Assembly (NCBI GenBank): GCA_966211765.1
Contig: CBIHOV010000011.1
Coordinates: forward strand, 109,444-173,443
Length of the DNA: 64,000 bases
Reading direction: 5' to 3'
DNA from: an uncultured Paraflavitalea sp.
Lineage (GTDB): Bacteria > Bacteroidota > Bacteroidia > Chitinophagales > Chitinophagaceae
Shown: positions 63,003-64,000 of the stretch, one piece after another
How the letters are laid out: each line of letters starts with the position of its first letter
Position numbering within the stretch: position 1 is the stretch's first letter
Translations under genes and position numbers: made by a program
Notes under the pieces: generated by a model
Seen by the model: the letters and a program-made list of their open reading frames with translations, nothing else
Database searches by the model: none
Told to the model about the DNA's origin: nothing

Positions 63003-64000
63003 ATGAAAAAGATTCTAATGCTTGCTGTTCTGTCCGTCGCCATCTTCGCCGGCTGCCAGAAAGCAGATTTTGATAGCACGGTCACAGGTGAAGCCCTGGG
63101 TACATTTACCCTCAATGCCCCTGCAACCAATGCAGCCCTTGTTCTAAATGCCGCTACCCCCACTGCCAAAGTGGAGATCAGCTGGGCAGCTTCAAAACCA
63201 GGTGTAGATGCTAAGCCTGTTTACAAATGGGTGGCTGCCTTAAAAGCAACCGGCAACCTGGATGCTCCCCTACTGGAAATTCCTTCCGACAACAATGGGG
63301 CCGATCCCAAATTAACCCTCACCCAAAAACAACTGGATGATGCTTTAAAAGCAAAAGGCATTGCCGATGGGGCCAAGGCAGATCTGATCTGGAGCGTAAA
63401 GGCCGATAATGGGTCTACCCAGCTTGTTGCAGGAGATATCAGGAACATTAGCATTACCCGTATGAAAGATGGTGTTACCGCTTTCCTGCTGTTGAGCCCG
63501 GCTTCCGCTACTGCTGCTATCACCGTCAACCCGGTTTCTACAGCCGATAGTGTTAAATTCAAATGGACGAAAGCCTTGCCGGCAACCGGCGGCCCTGCTA
63601 TCACTTACCAGGTAGCATTCAGCAAAGACGGAAGCTTTGCCACACCCCTCTTTACCATACCTGCTTCCAACAGCAGCAAGGACACAGCGCTTAGTATCGC
63701 TGCCAAACAATTCAATGATTCACTCGTAAAATATGGGTTCACCGATCTGTCACAAACCGTAAGCCTGAAATGGACGGTCATAGCTACCTCAGGCACATGG
63801 AAACAACAGGCCGATTACATCAACGACATTGCTTTCTTACGCGAAGTGAACTTTTACCTTGTAGGCAGTGTAAACGGATGGAGCATCGACAATCCGCTTA
63901 AATTGGTGGTGGACCAGAAAGCCGACCGTTATGGTACTGTATTCTATACCTATTTCAAACTGGCTGCCAATGATGAATTCAAATTCTTTAAAACACCTGG
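63003..64000 (+). CDS. SusE/SusF-like surface glycan-binding lipoprotein (3' end outside window; not in supplied ORF track)
   Basis: Own translation from the ATG at 63003 is MKKILMLAVLSVAIFAGCQKADFDS..., open to nt 64000. It contains two SusE-like N-terminal repeats (..KVEISWAASKP.., ..SVKFKWTKALP..) and then NFYLVGSVNGWSIDNPLKL...DEFKFFKT, typical of SusE/F starch-binding-type domains. Confidence 0.6.
   Translation, partial: MKKILMLAVLSVAIFAGCQKADFDSTVTGEALGTFTLNAPATNAALVLNAATPTAKVEISWAASKPGVDAKPVYKWVAALKATGNLDAPLLEIPSDNNGADPKLTLTQKQLDDALKAKGIADGAKADLIWSVKADNGSTQLVAGDIRNISITRMKDGVTAFLLLSPASATAAITVNPVSTADSVKFKWTKALPATGGPAITYQVAFSKDGSFATPLFTIPASNSSKDTALSIAAKQFNDSLVKYGFTDLSQTVSLKWTVIATSGTWKQQADYINDIAFLREVNFYLVGSVNGWSIDNPLKLVVDQKADRYGTVFYTYFKLAANDEFKFFKTP

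Noticed and set aside
1-64000. CRISPR arrays, tRNA/rRNA/tmRNA/RNase P/SRP RNA genes, IS elements, integrases, restriction-modification, toxin-antitoxin or other known defence modules.
   Set aside because: I recognised none on either strand. The only periodic repeats have 7-8-nt units, far too short for CRISPR. No reverse transcriptase, transposase, recombinase or nuclease/ATPase defence-type ORFs are present apart from the truncated HNH gene at the left edge.

Overview
This 64-kb chromosomal segment reads as a Bacteroidota genome. The evidence is a SusC/SusD pair, several T9SS C-terminal sorting domains, TAnnTTTG -7 promoter boxes, and DUF4834- and GH3-type genes. It is possibly Chitinophagaceae-like, but that is only an inference. 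I call about 52 densely packed protein genes, mostly housekeeping: asd, rimP-nusA-infB, two SurA/PpiC-type PPIases, purF, metF, lptB, fabG, adk, msrB, paaE and paaZ. Other content includes a cytoplasmic PAS/GAF histidine kinase with a NarL/LuxR-type response regulator, plus an orphan paralogous regulator next to a SixA-type phosphatase. There are also two tandem T9SS esterases, a 1258-aa T9SS S8 peptidase, a GT2-methyltransferase-membrane GT operon, and a PUL at the 3' end (SusC, SusD and three lipoproteins, the last cut by the window edge and absent from the supplied ORF track). I found no rRNA, tRNA, CRISPR array, transposase, integrase or recognisable defence or toxin module. The only accessory-looking gene is a truncated HNH endonuclease at nt 1-291. 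I did not find a convincing novel multi-gene protein system, and I would rather say so than invent one. What the gene map leaves unexplained is non-coding: (1) an attenuator-like unit upstream of asd, made of a Lys/Thr-rich mini-ORF, an antiterminator and a terminator; (2) a perfect terminator-like hairpin in the rimP-nusA-infB leader; (3) two tandem TGTGTA-N5-TACACA palindromes bracketing the susC promoter; (4) a dispersed ~65-nt repeat family (R1) placed after the 3' ends of plus-strand genes; (5) phased 8-nt TGCCT arrays (R2) and 7-nt GCYNNNN arrays in intergenic DNA; (6) a sequence-related family of terminator hairpins with a conserved G-U wobble; (7) several orphan intrinsic terminators that may mark sRNAs or 5' attenuators; and (8) a self-contained micro-operon encoding a 46-aa Cys-rich lipoprotein and an 82-aa acidic protein. 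All functional readings of these are inference from sequence only.
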